A stretch of 62,223 nucleotides of DNA, the filler included, from Nitrospirae bacterium CG2_30_53_67 (GTDB lineage: Bacteria; CG2-30-53-67): NCBI GenBank assembly GCA_001873285.1. It is 6 parts of 6 records of this genome, joined end to end, with 100 filler letters (N's around TTAATTAATTAA, not from the genome) between each part and the next. Parts side by side here need not be neighbours in the genome. Positions count along the whole stretch, not along the records: positions 26,152 to 39,753 come from MNYV01000045.1; positions 39,854 to 43,826 come from MNYV01000160.1; 4 more parts are not named here. One strand, 5' to 3'. Positions 32,907 through 42,185 of this stretch are shown piece after piece. A program made the translations under genes and the position numbers. The notes beneath the pieces are model-generated. The model was given only the letters and a program-made list of their open reading frames with translations, did no database searches and was not told the DNA's origin. How positions within the stretch are numbered: position 1 is the stretch's first letter; each line of letters begins with the position of its first letter.

Positions 32907-35093
32907 TCATACGGTTTCGGTTGTTCCGGCATAGATCGAGGATAGGGGTAAAGTGAAATGAAAACGGCTCCCTTCTCGATATTGCGGGTCAACCCAAATC
33001 TTCCCTCCGCACAACTCCACAAGCTTCCTGGTGATGCTCAATCCCAGGCCCGAACCCTCAAGGTTTCTCGATGACCGGTCGATCTGCGTAAATTCATTGA
33101 AGATGTTCCGGATCTCCTCTTCCCTGATTCCGACTCCGGTGTCCGACACGGTGAATTGCAGGAACGCTTCGGATGCATGATTTTCAGGGAAGCCTCTCGA
33201 GACAGAGATGGAGATCTCGCCTCTGTGTGTAAATTTTACGGCATTTGAAATGAGGTTGAGGAGGATCTGGAGGATCTTGTCCTTGTCCGAATGGAAGGAG
33301 CTGATCCCCTCTTCCACGTCGGTCCGAAAAATGATGGGTTTGTCTGCAATCAGACTTTTCGCAACGGGATGCAGCTCTTCAAGAAGAAGATGGGCGTCTA
33401 TGTTTTTCCTGTTCAAGGAGACCTTGCCGGTTTCAATCCTGGAGAGGTCCAGGAGGTCATTGATCAGATGGAGAAGATGCCTGCCGCTTCGGGCGATGGA
33501 TTTCAGGTCTTCTTTCTGTTGGTCATTGACCGGTCCGTCGATTCCCATCAGGATGACGTCCGAGAATCCGATGACGGCATTCAGGGGCGTTCTCAGCTCA
33601 TGACTGATGCTCGCCAGGAATTCAGTCTTCATCCGGTTGGCCTTGATGTTCTCTTCGTTGGATATCTTCAAGGCATCGCTGGTATGAAGCAGATCCCTGT
33701 TGGCGCGGTGAAGGTCCTCGATGGTCTTTCTCAGATTCTCGTTGGTGCGGAGGATTTCCTGGGTCCGGTCCTGCACCGTTCTTTCCAGAATCTGGTTGGT
33801 CTCCTTGAGGCGGTCTTCCAGTTCGACTCGTTTCGTGATGTCTGCAAAAATAAGCAGGGAGCCCTGAATGCCCTGATGTTCGTTCAGAAGCGGGACGCCT
33901 TTTATGGAGAAGATTTTATTTTCACCGGCCGGCAGGGAGACGATCAACCTTTCCTCCTCAACCACCCTGCCGGACAGGATTTCCTGAATCATTTCATGGA
34001 TCCTCGTCTTCCGGAGGGCCTTGATCTCCCCGAGTTTCCATGTTCCGTTCTTTGAGTGCGCGGTTTCGTCCTGCAGCATCTCGCAGAGTGCGAAATTCCC
34101 GAAAGCCACCGCTCCATCCTGATCCACGGTCATGATCCCCGCAGGGGCGTTTGAGATGATCGAGTTATAGTAATCCTTGAGATTCCGGATCTGCTCAAAA
34201 CTTTTCAATAACCGCTTGTCACGGTAATTCAGGGAGGATGCCATCCTGTTGAAGTTCATGGCCAGGAGTCCGATCTCGTCTTTTGAATGAACCGGGATCT
34301 TTTTTTCGAATAATCCGTCCGATATCTCTTTTGAGGCGTCCGTAATATCCCGAATAGGCTGTACCACCCATTTCTGCAGGAAGTGAATGATAGGGAAGCT
34401 GAGGAAAATGACGACCAGGGTAATCATCAGGAAGACGTTTTTGCGCATCACGTTGATTTTATCGTTCAGAAGATCCTTTGAAATGGCCACGGCGATGACA
34501 GCGGCCGGCGTACCCTGACGGGTTGGAACAGGCCGAAGGAGGGTCAAGATACGGTCGTATTCCTGAAAAGAAACAGCCGATGAGATGGCCCCTGTTTTCA
34601 TGGCTTCTTTGCATTTTTTTTGCAGAAGAGCCGAGATATCAGGTGTTCCCCTGTCTGAAAGAAATGTTCCCTGCGCAGTGAGCAGGCCGACAGCCGTGAT
34701 CCCTTCCTCGGTCTCATCCGACAGGATGTTCTGTTCAAGGTTTGTTCTCGACTGTTCTATAAGGGATAGTATTTTTCTTTGATTGGTGGATGATCCGGGT
34801 CCTTCCGCTGAGGAAGGGGGGGTGTTTTCAAGAAGCTGGTTCATGTGTTCTTCGAACTTGAGGAAGGCGCCGTATCTCTCGAAGATATGGTGAATACTCC
34901 TCTCCCCTTGCGACAAACATTCGGTTTTCAATTTCAGGGTCTGCTGATGGATGATGAAAAGGGCCAGGACGAACATCAGCAGCATCAGGGTCCACAAAAC
35001 GACCCCGGTCATTTTAGTCAGGATACTCGTACTCCAGTGGGGTCCTGGCTCGCTGTAGGGGGTGCAAAGCGGATTCTTGGTGTTAAGTTCCAT
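32907..35093 (-). CDS. Membrane sensor histidine kinase (HAMP-PAS-HisKA-HATPase)
   Basis: Two TMs, DEIGLLA, SHELRTPL, NLISNAVKFT, DTGVG, GSGLGL. Confidence 0.93.
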   Translation of the reverse strand: MELNTKNPLCTPYSEPGPHWSTSILTKMTGVVLWTLMLLMFVLALFIIHQQTLKLKTECLSQGERSIHHIFERYGAFLKFEEHMNQLLENTPPSSAEGPGSSTNQRKILSLIEQSRTNLEQNILSDETEEGITAVGLLTAQGTFLSDRGTPDISALLQKKCKEAMKTGAISSAVSFQEYDRILTLLRPVPTRQGTPAAVIAVAISKDLLNDKINVMRKNVFLMITLVVIFLSFPIIHFLQKWVVQPIRDITDASKEISDGLFEKKIPVHSKDEIGLLAMNFNRMASSLNYRDKRLLKSFEQIRNLKDYYNSIISNAPAGIMTVDQDGAVAFGNFALCEMLQDETAHSKNGTWKLGEIKALRKTRIHEMIQEILSGRVVEEERLIVSLPAGENKIFSIKGVPLLNEHQGIQGSLLIFADITKRVELEDRLKETNQILERTVQDRTQEILRTNENLRKTIEDLHRANRDLLHTSDALKISNEENIKANRMKTEFLASISHELRTPLNAVIGFSDVILMGIDGPVNDQQKEDLKSIARSGRHLLHLINDLLDLSRIETGKVSLNRKNIDAHLLLEELHPVAKSLIADKPIIFRTDVEEGISSFHSDKDKILQILLNLISNAVKFTHRGEISISVSRGFPENHASEAFLQFTVSDTGVGIREEEIRNIFNEFTQIDRSSRNLEGSGLGLSITRKLVELCGGKIWVDPQYREGSRFHFTLPLSSIYAGTTETV

Positions 35094-35132
35094 GTCCGGG
35101 CAACCAGAAGTACGAAAACGGCGTCTTGGAAA

Positions 35133-35303
35133 TTATTTAATTCCGATTCTGTTTAAAAATAAAATAATCAGGCAGATGTTCGTCACGCCCGCAAATGTCA
35201 GCATGATTCCGACAAACCAGGGGACCCACCAGAGCGGCTCACTAAAATATAGTCCGGCCGCAAGGACCAGTCCTGCCATGATACGGAAGAGTCTTTCAGC
35301 CAT
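35133..35303 (-). CDS. DUF2892/YgaP-like small membrane protein
   Basis: ERLFRIMAG..FVGIMLTFAGVTNIC. Confidence 0.65.
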   Translation of the reverse strand: MAERLFRIMAGLVLAAGLYFSEPLWWVPWFVGIMLTFAGVTNICLIILFLNRIGIK

Positions 35304-35347
35304 GATCTGCCTCAAAATGTTTTATGGCCGGATATCGCTGACCAGTC

Positions 35348-35545
35348 TTAAGGTCTGGAATCATGAGGCGATGACCGGCCGGCTCCCATCCGGATCAGGA
35401 TGGGTTCCAAAATTCTGATGTTTGTGACCCCCTCGAAAAGCAAGAGGGCGGCAATCCCCCATGAAAGCCAACGGGTGGACGGATCAAGAAACTGGCTGAT
35501 CAGGATCAGAACACCCAGGATCATCCGCATGAGTCGCGCAGCCAC
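35348..35545 (-). CDS. DUF2892/YgaP-like small membrane protein (paralog)
   Basis: RLMRMILG..LLFEGVTNI; RBS GGAGG before GTG. Confidence 0.55.
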   Translation of the reverse strand: MAARLMRMILGVLILISQFLDPSTRWLSWGIAALLLFEGVTNIRILEPILIRMGAGRSSPHDSRP

Positions 35546-35807
35546 AAAACCTCCGTTAAGAGCACGGGATGGCCCTATTATTCATGATGGTCGGAATAAG
35601 TCATTTTTTATTAAATGGAGTAAAACAAGGCTTTTAAATGATATTTCAAACCATTATTTTACTTTATATAAATTATAACAATCAATGCGGGAATCTTCAA
35701 GCATTTATGTGATATTCGCAAACTCTTTTAAAACATATCAAAATAAGCATCTTTCAAAGGAATTCCTGGAATCCTTTCTTTTAGTCATTCGTTCTGATAG
35801 AATAGGG

Positions 35808-35928
35808 GCCGATGATGACCCCGTTACACCAGGAAGTTCCGGACTTCCCCCGCGGTCCCGCGTAGCTTCACGGGGCGGGCAGGGTGGGGCGGGGGATGAC
35901 AGGATGGATTTCCGTCGTCCGCATCGGT
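35808..35928 (+). ncRNA. Candidate structured leader RNA upstream of dgt (no family recognised)
   Basis: Closing stem 35808-35819/35914-35928, inner stem and two hairpins; extended -10 TGaTAGAAT just upstream. Confidence 0.3.
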
Positions 35929-35958
35929 ATGGCGCCGTATTTGTAAAAAGGGGAAATC

Positions 35959-37299
35959 GTGAGTTCAAAGGAACGCGTATCGTCACAAAACTTCTGTACT
36001 AAGCATGATCTCGAAGCGTTTGAGGACCAGAGGTTGGCTCCTTATGCCATAAAGAGCTTTTATGCCACGAGACAGCGCAATATCAGGTCGGAAGGAAGGA
36101 TACACGATTACCGGACGGAGTTCCAACGGGACCGCGACCGGATCCTTCATTCCAGGGCATTCCGCAGATTAAAACATAAGACGCAGGTTTTTGTGGCCAC
36201 CGAGGGGGATCACCAGAGAACACGGTTGACCCATACCCTGGAGGTCTCCCAGATGGCTCGGACACTCTGCCGCGCCCTCTCCCTCAATGAGGACCTTGCG
36301 GAGGCGATTGCCCTCGGGCACGACCTCGGGCATACACCCTTCGGACATATCGGGGAAGAGGTCCTGCATGGGATCATGTCCGGCCAGGATGATCTGGACG
36401 GGCTTCTTGATTTCATGACCTTGGGGAATCCGGGCGGATTCAAACATAATTGTCAGAGCCTTCGGGTCGTCGACCTCCTGGAGAAGCGGTATGAGGAGGA
36501 TGGACTGAACCTCACCGATGAAACGCGTATCGGCATATTAAGGCACACCTCTCTGCCTGATGATATGACGTATCAGGCCTTCGAGTCGAAAAAATTCAGC
36601 GTGAAGGGCCCTCTGTTTTTAGAGGCACAGGTAGTCTCCATCGCCGACGAGGTCGCCCAGCAGGCCCACGATATGGAGGATGGTCTCCGCGCCGGTCTGG
36701 TCGATCTCGAGAAAATCGAGCGGCTCAGGATCATGAAGGAAATGATCCGGAAAATTCATCCCGACTATCATGCAACCCGCAGCCGGTTTCTCAAGCAGAA
36801 TATGCTCGTGCGGGGGACCATTCATGTCCTACTGACCGATATTCTTGTGAATTCAGCAAAAAAGATCAAGGAGTGGGGGAGCCGGGAAGGGATCATCTCT
36901 TCCGAGCAGTTCTATCAGCGGCTGAATGATTTTCCGTCAGACCTGATTGAATTTTCCCGCAAGGGCAAGGGGCTTTTTCAGGAACTCAAGGAGTTTGTCT
37001 ACCGGGAGATTATCAACAGCTATGAGGTGAACATCATGGACGGCCGGGCGATCCATTTCATCCGGAATCTTTACAAGGCCTATTATAATAACCCCAGACA
37101 GCTCCAGGACTGGGTCCTCCTGAGGTATGCCCATGGCAGGCGTGAGGCCTATCTTCGAGACATCCCCCTGAAGGAGGTGGGACGAAAGATTCATAAACTT
37201 CAGGATGATCCGGTCTTCCTCAGGCTGATCTCGGATCATATCGCAGGGATGACGGACAAGTTTGCCATGGACGAGTATCGAAAACTCTATCTTCCATGA
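35959..37299 (+). CDS. dgt: dGTP triphosphohydrolase
   Basis: FQRDRDRILHSRAFRRLKHKTQV, RTRLTHTLEV, HDLGHTPFGH, IAGMTD. Confidence 0.93.
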   Translation: MSSKERVSSQNFCTKHDLEAFEDQRLAPYAIKSFYATRQRNIRSEGRIHDYRTEFQRDRDRILHSRAFRRLKHKTQVFVATEGDHQRTRLTHTLEVSQMARTLCRALSLNEDLAEAIALGHDLGHTPFGHIGEEVLHGIMSGQDDLDGLLDFMTLGNPGGFKHNCQSLRVVDLLEKRYEEDGLNLTDETRIGILRHTSLPDDMTYQAFESKKFSVKGPLFLEAQVVSIADEVAQQAHDMEDGLRAGLVDLEKIERLRIMKEMIRKIHPDYHATRSRFLKQNMLVRGTIHVLLTDILVNSAKKIKEWGSREGIISSEQFYQRLNDFPSDLIEFSRKGKGLFQELKEFVYREIINSYEVNIMDGRAIHFIRNLYKAYYNNPRQLQDWVLLRYAHGRREAYLRDIPLKEVGRKIHKLQDDPVFLRLISDHIAGMTDKFAMDEYRKLYLP

Positions 37300-37340
37300 T
37301 TCGGTGAATTTAAAGAAAATGGCACAAGGCGAGGTTTTTC

Positions 37341-38255
37341 ATGTCGGATTCCGGAGTTTATAGGTCCGGGTATGCGGCCTTGATCGGTCGTCCTAACGTG
37401 GGGAAGTCGACCCTGATGAACCGTATGCTGGGTGAGAAACTCTCCATTGTGACGGAGAAACCCCAGACGACCCGCAACAGGATCCTGGGGATCAAAACCA
37501 CCGAACGTTTTCAGGCCCTCTTCCTGGACACGCCCGGTATCCATACTGTAAAACACCGGCTGAACGAGATCATGCTGAAGGCCGCCCTTTCAGCCCTTGA
37601 GGACGCGGATCTGATTTTGTTTTTAGTGGAACCTGTCTTAGAAGTCAATGAGGAGGATCAGTGGATATGCCATAAGCTGGAAAAGGTCAAAACACCGGTC
37701 ATCCTGATTATCAACAAGATAGACACCATCAGACCCGAAAACCTTCTTCCCCTGATCCGGGAGTACGGCAGTCTCCTGACATTTAAAGAGGTCATCCCTG
37801 TTTCGGCCTTGACCGGGGAGGGCGTTCCCGATCTTGAGGTTCTGATCCCTTCATTTCTCCCTGAGGGGCCGCGCTACTACCCTGAGGAAAATTTAACCGA
37901 TCTCTCCGAGAGGTTTATGATTTCGGAAATGATCCGGGAAAAGATCATCCAGCAGACGCAAAAGGAGATCCCTTATGCTGCAGCCGTGGTTGTTGAGGCC
38001 GTGAGAAAGAGGGAAGGGGCGGATCTGGTTGATGTGGAGGCTGTCATCTACATAGAGAAGGAGTCTCAGAAAGGGATTCTCATCGGGAAGCACGGGAAGA
38101 GGCTCAAGGAGATCGGCGTCATGGTTCGTCCGGAGATCGAGGGGCTCTTGAATTCCAGGGTCTATCTTAAACTCTGGGTCAAGGTACGTAAGGGTTGGCG
38201 GGACCATTCCGGTATGCTGAAGGAAATGGGATTTGATATATCATTGCATAATTAA
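37341..38255 (+). CDS. era: GTPase Era
   Basis: GRPNVGKST, PQTTR, DTPG, NKID, KH domain LIGKHG. Confidence 0.96.
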   Translation: MSDSGVYRSGYAALIGRPNVGKSTLMNRMLGEKLSIVTEKPQTTRNRILGIKTTERFQALFLDTPGIHTVKHRLNEIMLKAALSALEDADLILFLVEPVLEVNEEDQWICHKLEKVKTPVILIINKIDTIRPENLLPLIREYGSLLTFKEVIPVSALTGEGVPDLEVLIPSFLPEGPRYYPEENLTDLSERFMISEMIREKIIQQTQKEIPYAAAVVVEAVRKREGADLVDVEAVIYIEKESQKGILIGKHGKRLKEIGVMVRPEIEGLLNSRVYLKLWVKVRKGWRDHSGMLKEMGFDISLHN

Positions 38256-38315
38256 ATGGGAGAAGAACCGAAATTAATTAAGTGGAGTTATTTTCAGCGT
38301 AGAGGTATATAGGGT

Positions 38316-39089
38316 ATGCCGCTTTATTCCACCGAAGCTGTTGTGCTCCGTAAGATTGACTACCGGGAATCCGACCAGATCATGACCTTCCTTACGCCGG
38401 ATTACGGCAGGATCTCAGGATTGGTCAGGGGGGCAAAAAGAATACGAAGCCGCTTCGGAGCCGCCCTTGAAATGCTGACCTACGGGAGACTCATCTATTT
38501 TGACCGGCAGGGTAAGAACCTGGTTTCCATCAATCACTTCGATATCCTGAAGTCTTTTCAACGGATCCGGGAGGACCTGATCCGGTCCGCTTCCTGCCAG
38601 TATATGGCCGAACTGATCATGGGATTGATCCCGGAAAGGGAGTCAGCAACGGAGGTCTTTAAGCTTTTGGTCCGGAGCATGGAAGGGATGTCCGCCACTC
38701 GCGACCCTGATGCCGTCCTCAGGATCTTTGAGATCAAGTTCCTCAGCCTGATCGGATTCTCACCGAGGATGGATGCCTGTGTTTTTTGCGGAAGCTCGAA
38801 AGGGCATTTTGGGTTTTCCATCAAAGACGGCGGGCTTGTCTGCTCTTCCTGCCGAGGGCGTGCAGCAGAAACCGATCCCGTACCGGAAGGGATCCTTTTT
38901 TTCTGGAAACAGGCATCGGCCATGGATCTTACGAAAATGGATCGTGTCCGGCTGCAGAGAAGGTTGAATACCGGACTCAAATGGCTTCTGCACCGTTATT
39001 TCCTCCATTTGCTTGGACGTGAGATCCGTTCGTTCATTTTCCTGGAAAACTTGGGAAAGGAAACGGGTGTGCGACAAATTTATGGGTAA
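38316..39089 (+). CDS. recO: DNA repair protein RecO
   Basis: AVVLRKIDYRESD, RGAKR, CxxC..CxxC; follows era. Confidence 0.92.
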   Translation: MPLYSTEAVVLRKIDYRESDQIMTFLTPDYGRISGLVRGAKRIRSRFGAALEMLTYGRLIYFDRQGKNLVSINHFDILKSFQRIREDLIRSASCQYMAELIMGLIPERESATEVFKLLVRSMEGMSATRDPDAVLRIFEIKFLSLIGFSPRMDACVFCGSSKGHFGFSIKDGGLVCSSCRGRAAETDPVPEGILFFWKQASAMDLTKMDRVRLQRRLNTGLKWLLHRYFLHLLGREIRSFIFLENLGKETGVRQIYG

Positions 39090-39297
39090 ATATTTCTCTA
39101 AGAGCGTCATTCCCCGACTGGATCGGGGAATCCAGACAATAAAAGAATGGATTGTCCGGTTAAGCCTGTCCTCCGATCCCCCGATCAAGCTTGCCCTCCG
39201 CCTTGATCGGAGGGTCAGAGGACAGGCCCGATCGGGGGACCGGACAATGACAAACATATGTAACCCTGATGTGTACCCATAAATTTGTCGCAGACCC
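39065..39297. mobile_element. MITE with 24-bp TIRs and a 9-bp target-site duplication, carrying palindromic cargo
   Basis: TIR GGGTGTGCGACAAATTTATGGGTA / TACCCATAAATTTGTCGCAGACCC; TSD AAAGGAAAC at 39056-39064 and 39298-39306. Confidence 0.85.
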
Positions 39298-39355
39298 AAA
39301 GGAAACGGGATGCTTGACTCCGGCTTTGGAGAATGGTAAATAACTAAATAAATAT

Positions 39356-39497
39356 CCTCCGGCAAAGCCGGAGGTATTGCGATTGCTGGCCCCTCAAAGG
39401 GGCCTGATCGCAATCGGTTAAAAAACACCCTCCCCGGAGTCCCCTCCCATCAAGGGAGGGGAAGCCCACTGGCAGTTCCCTCGCCCCTTGTGGGAGG
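39356..39497. repeat. IS200/IS605-like end hairpins plus CCCCTCCC..GGGAGGGG palindromic repeat
   Basis: CCTCCGGC-AAA-GCCGGAGG and GGCCCCT-CAA-AGGGGCC; near-identical inverted copy at 46741-46818. Confidence 0.7.
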
Positions 39498-39753
39498 CTG
39501 ACCATGTCCCACATTTTTTGCTGGACACAGGGGGTGCCGGTATGGTAGTTTACCGGCATGCGGGCTTGCGGTCAAGATTTTTCGGACGAAATCATCTGGA
39601 GAATAGAGGCGACGGTGGAATCTGAGCCGACGATTTCCCGTCGAGCGCTTTCTCTTCGGGTATGCGAATGGCTCGACTGGCGGGGACCGAACGGGAAACT
39701 TAGGGAGATGAGTTGCCGTGTGGTTTTGTTGAAGTTGCATCGGCAAGGTCTTA
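39498..39753 (+). mobile_element. Left end of a probable IS4-family (IS50-like) element; ORF from 39558 has a DUF4338-type N-terminus (partial)
   Basis: End CTGACCATGTCCCACA; ORF RACGQDFS..SRRALS..VCEWLDWR..NG..MSCR. Confidence 0.55.
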
Positions 39754-39853
39754 NNNNNNNNNNNNNNNNNNNNNNNNNNNNNNNNNNNNNNNNNNNNTTA
39801 ATTAATTAANNNNNNNNNNNNNNNNNNNNNNNNNNNNNNNNNNNNNNNNNNNN

Positions 39854-41486
39854 CGAGTTTTTCCACGATGTACGGCCTGGACTCCAGGAGATAAATGGCC
39901 CCTTCATGGAGGGTGACCGGGGCGGATGTGAAGTCGACCTCGGCAATGGTCACGGGCTTCGCGGGATCGGTCCGGTCCGTGACCACGAAGTTCTCCTCCG
40001 GGATATTCCGGAGGCTCACGGCATTGGCGGGATAGGCGTCCCTGTTCCAGTGATACCGCTCTCCGGCCCGGTGTAGGACCTGCTCTTCTTCAAGGTATTT
40101 CAGGATCTCATTCAGGTCTTCGCCTCCGAAGGTCTCCCCAGGCTCAAAGGGGAGTTCAAAGGCCGCGCACTGGATATGGCTCATGAGGATGAGGAGATTG
40201 TCCGGATGGATCCGCCCATACTCCGGGGATGCCCCAAAGAAATAATCGGGATGGGTGACGATGAACTGGTCCAGGGGATTGCTGCGGGCAACCAGGATGG
40301 CGATGGAATTCCCCTTGCGTCGGCCTGCCCTCCCGGCCTGCTGGTAGGTGCCGGCCACGGAGCCCGGATACCCGGCAAGGATGCAAACATCGAGGCTCCC
40401 GATATCGATCCCTAATTCCAGGGCGTTGGTGGAGACCACGCCGATGACCTTCCCCTCCCGGAGCCCCTGCTCGATCTCCCGGCGGGTTTCGGGAAGGTAC
40501 CCGCCCCGGTACCCCCGGATCCGCTCCTCCCCCGGTAGCCCCTGTTCGAAACGCTCCTTCAAGGTCCGGGTCAGGACCTCCACATTGAGGCGGCTGGTGG
40601 CGAAGATCAAGGTCTGGATTCCCTGCTTCAGGAAGGGAGCGGCCAGGTGTCGGGCCGAGGTGAGGGCGCTTTTCCGGATCCCGAGTTCTCGGTTGATCAC
40701 CGGGGGATTATAAAAAAGGAAATGTTTCTCCGCACTCGGGGCGCCGCTCTCATCCACCAGATCCAAGGGTTCCCCGCAGAGGGTGCTCCCGAGTTCCTCC
40801 GGGTTGGCAATGGTGGCAGAACAGCATATAAATTGAACACTTGAATTATAGAACCTTATAATTCTCTTTAACCTCCGGATCAGGTTGGCCATATGGGACC
40901 CGAAGACCCCCCGGTAGGTATGGACTTCATCAATGACCACATATCTCAGGTTCTGGAAGAGCCGGATCCATTTGGTATGATGGGGGAGGATCCCGGTATG
41001 GAGCATGTCCGGATTGGTAATCACGATATGGCCGCGGAGCCGGATCGCGGATCGGGCATCAGCCGGCGTGTCCCCGTCATAGGTAAAGGCGGAGATCGGG
41101 GCGTGCAGCGCCTGGATCAGGGAATCCAACTCATGGAGCTGGTCCTGGGCCAGGGCCTTGGTCGGAAAGAGATAGAGGGCACGGGTCTCGGGTTCACGGA
41201 GCATGGCTGAGAGGACAGGGAGGTTATAGCAGAGGGTCTTGCCCGAGGCCGTGGGGGTCACGATCACCACGTTTTTCCCGTCATGGATCCGGTCCACGGC
41301 CTTTCTCTGATGGGAATAGAGGTTCTCGATACCACCCTGTTTCAGAACCTGGACCAGGCTTTCCGGCGCCCAAGACGGGAAGGGGGCGTATTCCCCCTCC
41401 CTGTGCGGGAAGACCCTTTCGGCTGTGAACCGCTTGGTAAAGTCCCTGCGGGACCGCCATGTATTAAGGACCGTCTCAACCGGCAT
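39854..41486 (-). CDS. DEAD/DEAH-box helicase, YprA/MrfA-like (3' end lost in gap)
   Basis: LYSHQ, TPTASGKT, PTKALAQDQ, DEVH, SATIANP, TNALELGIDIG, QQAGRAGR. Confidence 0.9.
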
Positions 41487-41649
41487 GGATCTCCCCCTCT
41501 TGAGCGCTATTTTCCCCAGCAGAACTTCCGGCACAGTCTACATAAATTTAACCGAAATGAAAAGAATGAAATCAGTGGAGGAAGAATCGGATTCCCTGAT
41601 CAAAAGGTTGAGGAGATTCTTACGATCATTTGCGAATCTATCATGCAGG

Positions 41650-42102
41650 TTATTTCTTCAGGAGGCCGAGCGCCGTGCTGACCGCTTCTTTTGCACTGCC
41701 GGCCTGCCTCACGCCTCGGATCTCCCAGGTGTCCAGCCCCACGACCGGTTTTCCCATCTTCAGGGCAAAGGCGATCTCGGACAAGGTCCCGTATTCCCCG
41801 CCCACGGCGATCAGGGCGTCCGAGACCCTGACCACGATGGCATTCCTGGCATGGCCGAGATCCGTGGGAATGGAAATATCAATATAGGCGTTGGCTTCTC
41901 CCCTATTCTCCCCTGGAAGGATCCCGACCGTGATCCCCTTCTCCTCATGCGCGCCGCGGGCTGCAGACTCCATGACGCCGCCCAGCCCCCCGCAGATCAG
42001 GACCGCCCCGGCCCGCGCCACCTCCCGGCCGACCTCCAGGGCCGTGCGGTTGGTCTTTTCTTCATCCCGGCCTGAGCCGATAACCCCGATTTGTAACATC
42101 AT
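41650..42102 (-). CDS. TIGR00725 family (LOG/SMF-type Rossmann) protein
   Basis: IGVIGS, CGGLGGVM, GILPG, ARNAIVV, GGEYGTLSEI. Confidence 0.9.
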   Translation of the reverse strand: MMLQIGVIGSGRDEEKTNRTALEVGREVARAGAVLICGGLGGVMESAARGAHEEKGITVGILPGENRGEANAYIDISIPTDLGHARNAIVVRVSDALIAVGGEYGTLSEIAFALKMGKPVVGLDTWEIRGVRQAGSAKEAVSTALGLLKK

Positions 42103-42185
42103 CAGCCCCTGGAATACTCTGAATCCGGCTTATGGTTCTGTCTGTGTTTCAGGATTGGAAACCACTTCAGGTAAGACCCCGTTCG

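Noticed and set aside
35808..35928. RNase P, SRP or 6S RNA identity
   Set aside because: Only a short GGAAGUCCGG resemblance on the minus strand; length and other conserved motifs do not fit
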